A DNA stretch of 62,937 bases, the filler included, from Octopus bimaculoides (lineage: Eukaryota): the NCBI RefSeq assembly GCF_001194135.2. It is 5 parts of 5 records of this genome, joined end to end, with 100 filler letters (N's around TTAATTAATTAA, not from the genome) between each part and the next. Parts side by side here need not be neighbours in the genome. Positions count along the whole stretch, not along the records: positions 26,060 to 55,133 come from NC_068989.1; 4 more parts are not named here. One strand, 5' to 3'. Made by a program: the position numbers and the translations under genes. The notes beneath the pieces were generated by a model. It was not told where the DNA came from and did no database searches. It saw nothing but the letters and a program-made list of their open reading frames with translations. Below, one piece after another: positions 35,452-48,121 of the stretch (its first letter is position 1; every line of letters starts with the position of its first letter).

Positions 35452-35990
35452 GAGTAAGAGAGCAGTGCATGCCATCAAAATGACACGGGTAAAATACACG
35501 AAGCCCAATGTATCCATCATGACTACCCGTTTGATAAGGGTATATCACAACCATGTGTGCGCGACATAGTGATCTCATATCAAGATAAACAGCGCATGAT
35601 CTTGCAGATGGGGCCAGTTAGAATTTACTTCGGGTCGAGTAGCTAATCCCACTCAAAAGGTCCCTGAATAAGGGTTGTTTAAAGATGTCGAGCAAAACAT
35701 CCATATTTCCAAAGGTGAATTATCCAAACCCCAAATAATTCCTCTCAGCGCATGGCTATGATGCTCTCCCACTAATTCTGATCGTGATCAGAGATACACA
35801 TATCGTAAGCCACTAGGGAACATGCTGAACTGGTTAAGGACAAACAAACCGACAAGCAAATTTGTGGTATTAAGCAGAATATTTTCTGCAGCTCATCTTT
35901 TATATTAAGACAAAACAATGTACATAATAACACTTCCAATCGGTTAAGATCAGAAGTCATGAGAGCCACTGCCTGGTACTGCATCAAGGC
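35450..35990. other. Higher-complexity segment bracketed by (ATT)n arrays; probable unclassified interspersed repeat
   Basis: Flanked by (ATT)n on both sides; no ORF similarity recognised; only one copy in this window. Confidence 0.4.
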
Positions 35991-36068
<78 letters not shown>

Positions 36069-36159
36069 GTGGGACCATTTAGCAAAGTCTGCCCTGTTGC
36101 ACATTAAACTATCCACCTCGGTGACTGCAGGAATCACAATATCCATTGTGTTCAGAAAC

Positions 36160-36410
36160 GTTAGCACGCCGGGCGAAATGCTTAGCGGTATTTCGTCTGT
36201 CTTTATGTTCTGAGTTCAAATTCTGCCGAGGTCGACTTTGCCNNNNNNNNNNTTTATGTTCTGAGTTCAAATTCTGCCGAGGTCGACTTTGCCTTTCATC
36301 CTTTCGGCGTCGATAAATTAAGTACCAGTTGCATACTGAGGTCAATCTAATCGACTGGTCCTCACCCACCAAAAATTTCGGGCCTTGTGCCTAGAGTAGA
36401 GAAGATTATT
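36160..36410 (+). mobile_element. SINE family C
   Basis: gttagcacgccgggcgaaatgcttagcgg...ctgagttcaaatt (B-box)...gaggtcgactttgcctttcatcc...; the internal duplication around the 10-N gap is probably an artefact. Confidence 0.9.
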
Positions 36411-36574
36411 ACAATGGTAGTTCTGAGTTTAGGAAAATTCGGGTGCTATTTTTAGTATGATGAACGTCTGTTTAGAACAGCTTTGTGAAATATACGACCT
36501 ATAGCAATGTTTTGCCAGCTTACGGTTCAATTCTATCAAATAAGTTATTTTATTTTAAAATATTCTGTAAAATA

Positions 36575-36770
36575 TATATCGGTTTCAACTTTTGACACAA
36601 GTCTAGCAATTTCGGGGAGGGCGATTATATCAACCACAGTGCTTAACTGGTGCTTATTTTATCGACCCTGAGAAGACGAAAGGAAAAGTTGACCTTGGCT
36701 GAATATGAACTCAGAACGTAAGGACGAAATGCCGTTAAGCACGCTGCCCGGAGTGCTAAAAATCCTAATC
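36575..36770 (-). mobile_element. SINE family C
   Basis: Reverse-complement match to 36160-36410. Confidence 0.8.
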
Positions 36771-38749
36771 CATCGCCGCCCTACTCTGTAGACTATACAT
36801 CGCTAGTACGTACTCAGAGCTGACACAAATTTTGATTAAAATCAGGTTCTTGTTCGTCAAATCAGTGAACCTTATGGAATCTTTTGTTATCTTACGCAAT
36901 GAAAAAGAAGCTTACGAAAAAGGAGCCTATCAATCCAAATACTGAAACACGTGACATGTTTTCAAATAACTCTCTCTATAGACGTCAAGCGAAACGGAAG
37001 TTGGTCTTAATTTCTAATTACGTATTTGTTCGAATTCATTCTAGTGATATATGAAAGATATTGAAAAGTTTTACATCCGAAACGATGCAAGCTTTCTATC
37101 AAACGTTGGTCTGCAAGCATTTATTTGGACAATTTCTATCATTGTTCACTCTCTAAGGATTCTTACTTAAGATGACTCCATTTATAATATGTGGATGTAA
37201 CTTCTCGTTACACTAATTTTACTAGCACCACATATTCTTTCCTTTCTTTATTGTTAATAAAAAAATGTTGGCGCTCGTTATCTGTTCATTTTGATCTAAA
37301 TTATGAATAAGATGTTTTAGAATAATTGTCTCTAACCGGTTCAGGAGATCGAGTTTATACTTCAATCCGGCCGCAAAGCCGAACGAGTCTGACCCCATCC
37401 ACTTAAGGGTAAAGTAGCTTGGAGGGGGTTAATCCTTCTCCCAGCTATACAGACGAGCAAATTATCCACAACAATGAAAAAGAAAGAACCACTCTTCACT
37501 ACGATAGTATTGTTGCTTAGAACGATAGTATTGTTGCCCTGTGCTAATCATTCACAACAAGATGCAGTCAACCCTTTGAATGTTAAGTATTTTAGTTATC
37601 AATGCAGGTTCCCCACCAATAACTCCGGTCGTAGGTTACAAACAATATTTAGTTATATTCGTCAGAGCAGAGGATTCAATCCTTGAGACGTCCGCTTCTT
37701 TCTTTCCTCCAAGGTTTATAAAATTAGTACCAGTAATTAGTCAATTTAATTAGCTATATATTCCACTCATGCAAAATCAATCTTATGTATAATCAAACTT
37801 TAAAAGTCAATTAACTAATTATGAGAGTGTAAAAACTAGTCGAATGAGTAGATCTCTCGACTAAATACGTTGTTTCTCTGTTTACTTCCGCCACTTCCAA
37901 CACCGACCAACAATGTTTTTACCTTTCATTCTTTCGAGGTCGATCAAATAAGTACTAGTATTATCGTGACATCGATCCAATCGATTAGACAATAGTTGTT
38001 AGTGAAAAAGAAATCAATATTGTGATTATTAAAACCAAACTAAAGACATATCTTTAAGGAAGTAATATAAAATAAAATATTTTTATTAATTTGTTCAGCT
38101 GGCTGGAGAAGTTAATAAACTTTTAACCTCTAAGGCAAATCTTTCCGCTAAATTATGATAAACACCAGGACCGCTTCTTAATTTACAATATCATCATACA
38201 TATCTAGTTGAACTCTTTCACGCTATGAATGACATTTAAGTAGTCTAAGAAGCTGAACAACTTCTCACCAAATCAACTTCTAAAGTACACTAAAAGACCT
38301 TTCCATAGCCTCAAGCATAATTAAAACGATAGTCCATTTTGTATTGAGAAGAACAAAAGCGATTAAAATGACTGATAATTTCTGCTGGAGAAGTCAGATG
38401 TCAAGAGATTCTTCAGAGAATAATCAACGAATTTACTAAAGAATGTAAGATAATGATTTAAACTAACTTCTATAGCTAATTATTTGGAACGAGAGTATGG
38501 AACTGTAACAACTATTATGTTCGACTTGATAGCTAGAAGAAATAAAAACAAATAATAAACAAAATATTCTCCATTGACATAATATATATTTATACTGCCT
38601 CTGCTTTATTTTTTATTTGTAAGCACCATCTTTATATTTTTTTTATAAATGGTGTCAGCTCTCGATTACAGCTGTTTCGTTTCGTTTATACTATACATGT
38701 TCATGAGAAGGAATAGACGCCGGAAACTCTCATAATTCCTTTTGACAGT

Positions 38750-38870
38750 GGCAGGCATAGCTGTGTACTTAAGAAATTCGCTTTGCAAACCATGTGGTTA
38801 CATGTTCGATTCCCATTGCGCGGCACTTTAGACAAGTGTTGTTAACTGTAGTCTTTGTGTGTAGAATAAG
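38750..38870 (+). mobile_element. SINE family A head (diverged)
   Basis: gcaggcatagctgtg...catgttcgattcccattgcgcggcactttagacaagtgt. Confidence 0.65.
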
Positions 38871-39289
38871 GTTGAAGAACAAAAGGGAAAAGATAATGAA
38901 ACTCATTATATACACAGTTACACATACGCACACGCACTCACACAAACATATGTATATAGTACAGCCAATCCGACAAATTGCTGATAGTTACCGCATATTC
39001 ACCAGTTCACTCACAAGACTTGTGGCAACTCGAGTCTATGATAGATGTTACTCGTCTATGATAAGTTTATGATAGAAAATACGTGCCACACAGTGTGATC
39101 AAATCTGACACCCCGAGATCCAGAAGCAAAGTTCCACACATCCATACATGCATACATATTTCGAATAAAGTGGTATAATCCTGACCGAATGAGACAAGAA
39201 ACGGCTTCAATTTTTTATGGAAATTAATGTATTTCATTTGTATTATTAACATGACTTCTATATATTTAAGATGGTGGGTTTGCAGCGGT

Positions 39290-39690
39290 GCTTAGTATGC
39301 TGGGTAAAATACTTAGCAGCATTTTGTTCATATTTCCGTTCTGGCTTCAAATTCCGCCGAGGTCAATTCGCCTTTTATCTTTTCGGAGTCGGTAAAATAT
39401 GTACAACTTGAACCCTTGGGTTCAATCGCTAGCCTTATGCCAAAAACTGAAACCAATATGTCTTCTTTATCTGTAAGGTGGTGAGCTGACAGAATCGTTA
39501 TCGCGCCGGGCAAAATTTTAAGGGGCATTTTTCCGTCTTTAAGTTCTGAGTTCAAATTCCTCTGAGATCAACTTTGTCTTTCATCCTTTCGAGATTGATA
39601 AAATAAGTACCAGTTGAACAATTGAAGTTGATGTAATCGACTTGCCCCCTTCCTTGAAATTGCTGCCTTCGTGCCAAAATGTGAAACCAG
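39290..39690 (+). mobile_element. Two adjacent SINE family C copies (39290-39400 partial; 39470-39690)
   Basis: Both contain ttcaaattcc..gaggtcaa/gagatcaa...ctttt; the second has the gtggtgagctgacagaatcgtta head. Confidence 0.8.
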
Positions 39691-41182
39691 TACAACTTCT
39701 GTATCTTTTATTCAGGAGGAGATTTTTCAGGGTCTCGAAACACCGCTGGCTGGAAATTATTCTTAAACCAGAAACGTGGCCCGAATGCTTGTATCAGATT
39801 GGATTCCACTAAACGTAGCTAAGGTGACAGTTGGTGGTGTTAAGACGGTTGACAGATTAAGTTTATCACGCAAGTAGGCCATGGTGCGATTTGAAATCGC
39901 ACACACAAGATACACACACAAGAAAACAGGACAGATATATAGGACAAAGTAACAGGACAAATATAATACATTCGGTCTAGATTTCTTGCAGATCCGTCAA
40001 TTCGCTCCCACAGATTGAAACAATTTTGCTGACACCTAAAGGAAGAAAGTTAAAGTTAACTTCAGTGTCATTTGAACTCTGAATACATAGAGTCAGATTA
40101 AATAATGCGAAGCTCTGATGACTCAATCCATGCCTCACCCGAGAAAGTCTTCTCACTCTTCTCTTAAACTAAACTATAAGAAAAAAAAAGAACGTCAATA
40201 ATCTAATTTCCATCTAACATAAATCCCATCACTCAAGGCTATGTAAATTTTGAATATAAGTTTGCTTTTTACAAAGTAATGAAGCATAAATATTCATCAA
40301 TTAATATATAGCACAGTAAGTGTTCTGTCATGTCCCAAGGTAAATTACTTGACGCCATATGCTTAATTAAAAAGTGCTTACTGTAGTCGCTAACTTTCGT
40401 AGTGACAGTGAGTGCGGCAAATTGTCGAATTTTTTTCATTATCTAGTTTCATTTTATTGTCAGTTTCTCGGAGTGGAGATGGGTTAATAGAATAGTTTGT
40501 GCGTCCAAAGTTCATATATCGCCGAAGTCAATTTTGATCTATTTAACAACGGGACTGATAAAATAAAGTACCGACCATGAATTGGGGGCGATTCAATCGC
40601 CTGCACCTTCCTCACTAAAAAATGTGTACCTATGTTTGAAATTATTATTTTGTCAAAAGATGCAGAATCTCTTTCTTGAACATTGCGGGACCTCATAAAA
40701 TGGCGGGATTGATGATACTGAGATTCGGTTGAACGTCTGGAGGTTGACACATGTATGAAAATTATATACCGAGAAGAAATTCTGATGGGCTTTAGCAAAG
40801 AATGGTTAGGTAAAGTATTTAGAGAGGCGTTTGAAAAGTGAGACACAGTTTCATGAAAGAGAAGGCAAGGCGGGGACATCGAGTAAATCGATCAAGTTAA
40901 AAGGTGGTATGCAGGCAGATGAAGAAAAAGCGCCAGTCCTAAGAGTAAAAGAAACAGAGTCCTGCACGGGGGTCGGAGTGCGAGAGTGTTTCTCAATCAA
41001 CCGGATATATATTGTGGAATGAGTCCGAGATGCTTTTACCATCTATTCATGCTCATCGAAAAGGCTTAGATCAACTCGTGTCTGTAACAGAAAATAGGCG
41101 TTCAAAGTACCACACAATGAGATCGAACCTGGAACCATAGATTGCGAAATGAAATCCTTAACTCCACACCTGTGCTGCTGCT

Positions 41183-41215
<33 letters not shown>

Positions 41216-41499
41216 CCGTTTTGATGAAATTACTACAAGTATAGGGTGCAAACTATTTTAATTAATTTAGTAGTTACAATGGAAAATAAAAGGAACGGCT
41301 ACATAAATGCATTAGCAGAACTGGTATGCATTGATATAACCACTGCGGAACTCTTTGAAACCAGGTAGTTTCGGATTCGGGTTCAATCTTACTGCGCTGC
41401 AGCTTGGGCAACTGATTTCTACCATAACTCCGGACCGGCCAATGCCTCTTTTACTTGTTTCAGTTGACGTTTTGAAGAGTTTAAGCATTGAAGGAATTG

Positions 41500-41790
41500 C
41501 TCGATTCAAGTACTTAGTTTTAGGTGTAGCACTAATTATGTCCGCTCCTTTTTGCCGAACTGCTAGATCTCTAGAACCAAACAAATCAACACTAGTCATG
41601 AAGCAATGAAATATAAACACACACACGCATATACACACACAAAAGAACACAAACATATACAAAACAGGCTTCCTCACTATTTCTATCTTCTAAATTTACT
41701 CACAAAACATGATTTTCTTTCCCAGGACTTTAATCGAAGACACTTACCCAGGGTGCCGCGCAGTGTGGCTACGAAGCGAAATTCTTAACT
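41500..41790 (-). mobile_element. SINE family A (diverged)
   Basis: tttttgccgaactgctag...gaagacacttacccagggtgccgcgcagtg. Confidence 0.65.
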
Positions 41791-42074
41791 GTAGAGTCGT
41801 GTTTACGCTAATAAGGTAGAAGTAATGGAGTTAATGTAGTAGGGCAAGCAATCAAGAAGATAATTTGTGTGGAACACGTAGTTTTCGAACCAGCAGCAAT
41901 TTTCAAGAACAGTATTAATGGACGCTAACGAAAGAATCTCTAGGGAAAACAAATATCAGCCTTGCAATCATAAGCAGTTTCTTACAACATGACAAACATA
42001 TCGCATCATACTGCCTTGTTGGAAACCTGTGAACACACAAAAGATGGTGACTGCTAGAAGAACCAGAAGAATGG

Positions 42075-42395
42075 CACTTCGTCGGTTACGACGACAAGGG
42101 TTCCAGTTGATCCGACCAACACAGCAGCCTGCACGTAAAATTAGCGTGCATGTGACTGAGCACTCCATAGACACGTGTACCCTCAATGTAGATCTCAGGG
42201 AGATCCAGCGTGATACAGGATGTGACAAGCCTGGCCCTTTGAAATTCAGATACTACTCATTTTTGCCAGCTGAGTGGACTGGAGCAAGTTGAAATAAAGT
42301 ATCTCGCTCAAGGACACGACGCATCGCCGGGAATTGAACTTACGACCTTACAATCGTGAGCCGAATACCCTAACCACTAAGCCACGCACCTTCAC
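42075..42395 (-). mobile_element. SINE family B (full length)
   Basis: Reverse-complement match to 5106-5424. Confidence 0.9.
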
Positions 42396-42469
42396 ACAAA
42401 GAAGAAGAACAACTGCAACAATTACACAAACAACAACAGCAACAACAATAACAACCAAAATAGACCGAT

Positions 42470-42585
42470 AGAATAAGTACCAGACTTAAAAATAAATGGT
42501 GTCGATTTAATAGACTAAACTCTTCATGATGGTGATGCTTCAGCCTGGCTGCAGTCCAATGACTGAAACATGTATAAGAATAAAA
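42470..42585 (+). mobile_element. SINE family A tail fragment
   Basis: gatagaataagtacc...gctgcagtccaatgactgaaaca. Confidence 0.65.
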
Positions 42586-42604
42586 GAGTTAACTTGTTTG
42601 TTTA

Positions 42605-42930
42605 TATAGTTCTATATTTAAGAGATGAGGAATTATGTACATTATTTACATTTGATGGATATTTGTCCTCATCTCGTTTGTTAACACAACGTTTCGGCTG
42701 ATATACTCTCCAGCCTTCTTCAGGTGACTTGGGGAAATTTTGAACTTGAATATTCTTAAGGTATTTTTCGATGTTATTATTATTATTATTATTATTATTG
42801 TTCAGGTCACTGCTTGGAATCGAACTCGGAATCTTGGGGTTAGTAGCCCGCGCTCTTAACCACTACGCCATGTCCGTGGGCAAACAAGATGAGGACAAAT
42901 ATCCGTCGAATTTAAATAATGTAAATAATG
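42605..42930 (-). mobile_element. Non-coding element: tRNA-like head + (AAT)n + hammerhead + tail, with an inverted tail copy at the 5' end
   Basis: Head 42880-42801 (tggcgtagtggttaag A-box; gagttcgattcc B-box); HHR 42726-42685; 42881-42930 is an inverted copy of ~42640-42680. Confidence 0.7.
42685..42726 (-). ncRNA. Minimal hammerhead ribozyme motif
   Basis: CAC CTGAAGA A GGCTG-gagagtatat-CAGCC GAAAC GTT GTG. Confidence 0.65.
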
Positions 42931-43298
42931 TTGTCTGTTTACATTTCTGTAACCGATCAGTTGGGTGAAAAATAAGAATCAGACTTAAAATTAAATATTG
43001 GTATCGATTTGACAGATCTATCCCATTAAGATGTCCCAGCATGACCACAATCCAATTACTGAGACAAGTAAAAGAAGTAAAGAATTAACTGCCAGCCAGC
43101 CAACAAAGATGCCTATAAGCGGTCATACAACTTCCTAAAAGTTGTAATTAAACATTTCTGAAATCACATACCTCCGTTTTAAACGTGGAAGTCTACCTTT
43201 TGATAATGAAGTCCCAGATACATTATAAACTTTTTAAAAAGTTACAAGACGGACATAACTGAAACACCATTGACAAATAGACTTAATAGCTCAGATGT

Positions 43299-43388
43299 GA
43301 CTTAAGCTTAAACAACAACAATAGGAGCAGCGACTTAAGCTTAAACAACAACAAAAGGATCAGCGACCTATGCTTAAACAACTACAAC
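43299..43388. repeat. 32-33-bp tandem repeat, ~2.8 copies
   Basis: gacttaagcttaaacaacaaca..gga.cagc. Confidence 0.85.
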
Positions 43389-43664
43389 ATCACCAGTAAC
43401 AGCAGCAGCGCAGTCGTATTGTCAACAAGTCTTCCTCCTTTGAGCTATTACTCCATCTACAGGAAGTGTGAACCAGTTATGAAGGACGTCTATCACTAGG
43501 TCACATCTTTAAATTGTTTAAACCTCCATAATATGGCGCAAGGGACCGATTTTGCCTTGATTTGTAGGGAGTAAAATAAATAAGTAAAGATTCATTCAGA
43601 TGAGGCGTAGTTATTATTGTTATCATTAGAGCATCGGAAAAAAAAATCTTTGCGCAATTTATTC

Positions 43665-43810
43665 CAGTTCTTTACGTTCTGAGTTCAAAATCTCGCCGAG
43701 GTCGACTTAGCATTCATTCTTTAGATCGATAAAATAAAGTACCTGTCTAGTACTAGGTTTGATATAATCGACTATCCACTTTCCTCAAAATTGCTGTACT
43801 TATTCTTAAG
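43665..43810 (+). mobile_element. SINE family C fragment
   Basis: ttacgttctgagttcaaaa...gccgaggtcgac...gataaaataaagtacc. Confidence 0.75.
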
Positions 43811-45304
43811 TTATCATGTCAGAAGCGTTACATCAGGAAAAAAAAAACCTTGCAGCATTTGATTCAGCTCTACGTTCTGAGCTCAAATCATGCCAAGATC
43901 AACTTTGCTTTTCATAAATAAAATTCATTAATAAAATAATGAACCTGTTAAACATTAGATTCGACAAAATCAAAACTGGATCCTTCTCCCTAAAAATGCT
44001 TGTCTTGGGCGTATGATTGAAGCAGTTATTATCATTTAGCTTCAGGATCTTGAACACTTCTTTGATCCATAACGTTTCAGTCATAACCATGAAACTGATA
44101 GACTTAATCCGTCGCTTAGTCTAACACCTCCACGGAAGACTTCAGAGGAATTCACTCAGTTGCAAGCTCAGTTGCAACAGGTCCCGTGATTCAAGAGAAC
44201 TTTTCTCTACCTTCCAACAGTCTTGGAGGCCATAAAGACTTCCCTCCTTTGATCATGTCATTAGAAATAAATATTAATTTCAGATTGTATATCATATCTG
44301 TATCTTTGATGACATTACCCAATGTGTTAATACTGTTTCGATACGGTTGTGTACAATTTTAGAGAGATGTAACTGCTCCTTCTAACATGTAATTTGAAAG
44401 CGTAGGCTGTATCCTTCGGTGTAAGACAGTGTTTAATGATATTCAAATATATTCCGCGAAGGAGTTACCTTAAAAACGACGGAGAGATAGTTGCTGCATT
44501 AATCACACCTCAAAATAAAAATAAAATAAAATAAAAAACATTAGAACACACGAAAGATTCAACTGCCTCTCAGCATTCACTGAGAGTAATACTAGCAATA
44601 CGAACGAAGAAATAAGCCGCTGTAAATCTTCGAATACAACAAACACAAGCCGTTTTTTCTCCTTTCCTTTCTTAATAAACTTCTCTGATGTAAGCTTATG
44701 TTTTCTTCTAATTTCGTCAATTTACACAGATCAATAAATAAATAGGAAAATAAATTAATAATTAAATAAATGCATTAATCAATAACTAATACAAATTCTA
44801 TAAATCGTTACTTATTTGTTTATTTTAAAATTTAAAATATTCCTTTAATTAACTAATTAACTGTTTCCTTGTGAACATGTCTTCTACATGTCATAATACT
44901 TGTTAATTACATGAAGTCCATGCTTGTTATGAAGGAAGAAATCTTACAACTGTAAACATACACATCCACATACACGCATTAACATACATTAACGCACATA
45001 TACACACAACACACATTCTCTCTTGTTAGCTGCAGACTTTAATTTCTTTAATACAGAAGCTTTTGAGTAATTACATCATAGTACACGTTGTTTATGGATT
45101 AATTAATATTCCATAATTCATAGGATAATTAGGGAACCGGCGTTCTATACGGTCTGTGTTGTTAGGGAAATCATCAATCGCCCGAAGGGATAACGTGTCT
45201 TATCTTGTCACATTCACCTAACGCTTAGCAGCTAACATAATTGCGGTTAGGAGTTGTGGTTGAGCGCACCTCTCTGTTGTAAGTAGTCACAGCTAGGTAG
45301 AGAT

Positions 45305-45640
45305 GGGCATGTATGCATGAAGACGAGTAGCTTAGAGGTTGGGGTATTGGCCTCGCGATCGTAAGGTCGTGATTTTGATTGCCGGCGTGCGTTGTTTCCT
45401 TGAGTAAGCCACTTAATTTCATGTTTCTTCAGTCCACTCAGCTGGCAAAAATGATTTGTACCGGTATTTGAAAGGGCCAATCTTGTCACATTCCTTTTCA
45501 CGCTGAATCTCCTTGAGAACTACGTAAAGGGTGCGCGTGTCTGTGGAGTGCTCAGGCACTTGCACATTAATTTCACGAGCAGGCTATTCCATTGATCGAA
45601 TCAACTGGGATCCTTGTAGATGTAACTGACGGAATACCAG
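45305..45640 (+). mobile_element. SINE family B
   Basis: cttgagtaagccactt...tttgaaagggcca...gtctgtggagtgctcag. Confidence 0.85.
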
Positions 45641-46044
45641 TTTGTATACTTCCTATGTGTGTAGTGTTGAATCGAAGTATTTGTATGCTCTTGGCCTTAG
45701 TTAAGATTAGTGAGTCGTTAAAGCGTCGGACAAACTGCCTCGTGATGTTCTTTCCGGTTGTCTAGACTATGAGTTCAAAATCAACCAGTGCAAACTTTAT
45801 CTTTTACTTTTTAGGGGCCGATAAATTAAATACAAGTCCAGTACTCTGTTTTTTCTTTCTTTTTTCTCATTTCCATGAATAAATCAATTGTGGTCAGATC
45901 AGAAGGACGAGCTTCATCAGGTCTAAGAAGATACAAGACACGCCGTATTTCCCGATGGTACTCATATGATTGCGTCATGAGCTGATGGCCCCACGATCAT
46001 AACTATTATTACCTTATTCTAATAATTTCCATTGTGAGTGCAAG

Positions 46045-46248
46045 GCGGTGAGCTGGCAGAAATGTTGGCACGCCGGGCGAAATGCTTACCGGCATTTCGT
46101 CTGAGTTCAAATTCGGCCGAGGTCGGCTTTGCCTTTAATCCTTTCGGGGTCGATAAATTAAGTACCAGTTACGTACTGGGGTTGATCTAATCAACTGGTC
46201 CCCTCCCCCCAAATTTCGGGCCTTGTGCTTAGAGTAGAGAAGATTATT
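46045..46248 (+). mobile_element. SINE family C (full length)
   Basis: ggcggtgagctggcagaaatgttggcacgccgggcg...ctgagttcaaattc...agagtagagaagattatt. Confidence 0.9.
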
Positions 46249-46394
46249 ACAATGGTAGTTCTGAGTTTAGGAAAATTCGGGTGCTATTTTTAGTATGATG
46301 AACGTCTGTTTAGAACAGCTTTCCATCGTGACTGCAAATCTAGGTATCGTGAGTGCAACAGCCTAACCACGAGGCCACACGCCTTTATATTCTT

Positions 46395-46596
46395 TACTCT
46401 TTTACTCGTTTCAGTCATTTGACTGCGGCCATGCTAGAGCACCGCCTTTAGTCGAGCAAATCTACCTTAGGACTTATTCTTTGTAAGCCTAGTACTTATT
46501 CTATCGGCTCTTTTGCCGAACCACTAAGTTACGGGGACGTACACACACCACCATCGGTTATCAAACGATGTTGGGGGGGGGACAAACGCAGACACT

Positions 46597-46682
<86 letters not shown>

Positions 46683-46838
46683 CAACGGGCTTCTTTCAGT
46701 TTCCGTCTACCAAATCCACTCACAAGGCTTTGGTCGGCCCGAGGCTATAGTAGAAGACACTTGACTAAGGTGCCACGCAGTGGGAATGAACCCGGAACCA
46801 TGTGGTTGGTAAGCAAGCTACTTACCATGCAGCGACTC
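46395..46838 (-). mobile_element. SINE family A (near full length, internal (CA)n/(TA)n)
   Basis: Minus-strand head tggtaagtagcttgcttaccaaccacatggttccgggttcattccc; tail aatgactgaaacgagtaaaaga. Confidence 0.9.
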
Positions 46839-48121
46839 ATATTAACATATATAAAATATTAACAGTCTATAAAATGAAATAACTAAATAAAATACTTCAT
46901 CCTTGAAGATAATATTACAAATCATGTTGGAGCAGTCTTGTACATGGAATAATATTCTAATTTCCAATGTTGTTTGTCATAAAACTAATCAATTATCGCA
47001 ATTACTAATTCCGTGTCATTATTCTCTCTGAAGTACAGATTTGCATGTGGAAAAGGAAAGAAATGGCGAATAAATTGAAGATCACTTGTTCTTCCAGGTA
47101 AACAAATTGACTACTTTTCTTCAGATATCATGCATCACTTCCATATGATATTTGATAAATAAGTGTTAAGTTCGTTAGTTAAGATGTTGTTCTTTGGTTC
47201 CGAGTCGTCTTAGATGGAGTAGACTTGTTATTTATTATTTATCTGTTTACTCGGCTGGTCTTGAGGAAGAAACAATGCCCATGGGCTAGTCATGTCCTTC
47301 CTAAACCAGTTGAGAGGGATGCTATTAATGTTCATTTTGAACATTTGCAAATCAAGACCTTTCGAAAAGATATAATCAGCAAGAAAGGATTGCGTTGGTG
47401 ATCAGTAATTAGTATGGGGTCTGGGTAGCATGTGAGTTAAGCGAATTTAACTGTTATTTCTAGCAGGTTGATCAACTATCTATATGCTAGAGAGTATTTG
47501 ATTGATTAGCAAGATACTGGTAATTTATGTAGTGGTGTGGTTTTTTTATTTATATTTTGTATTTTTTTCTTTATAGACGAACATTATTATTCCAGCAAGC
47601 GATGCGTCCGTGGTGGCTGTCTATTATAGAGGAGACTAATCACTTCTAGATTAAGTTAATTTGAGGCATATTTGAAAATATGGAATTTACATCAAAGAGT
47701 AAAGTAGGTATATAGAGCATACATATTTAATATGTTTTTGCTACACATCATAGGGTTCTTAAGGATTATAGTTGTTGGTAGCTTTGTATAGCGCTATTTC
47801 ATCCTCCTTCGGAATTGTCAGCGTGGCATAACTTGAGACAAATGAATTAATCGAAATTCAACACATTACCAAATTAGATATTTCTCATTATGTTCCTAGA
47901 GTTTCAGTAAGTTGAATATGTTTAGTTCCGGAAAATCAGCCGAATTACTTACCGCATCGTATTTCCTATTCAGTTCTGTGTCAGTCTTTCACTTGAATGA
48001 CAACTGTTACAGTTCATTGAAACCCATTGAAAAACCAGCAATTTATAATATTTCACCCATTGTGTAATCATGTCCATACTCTGGGTACTTCAAACGTTCA
48101 TATCTTCTAACTTTAATATTT

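Noticed and set aside
42801-42880. Possible tRNA gene (anticodon ACT)
   Set aside because: The acceptor stem does not pair properly and it runs into (AAT)n and an HHR tail. I treat it as a SINE-type head, as for the heads of families A-C.
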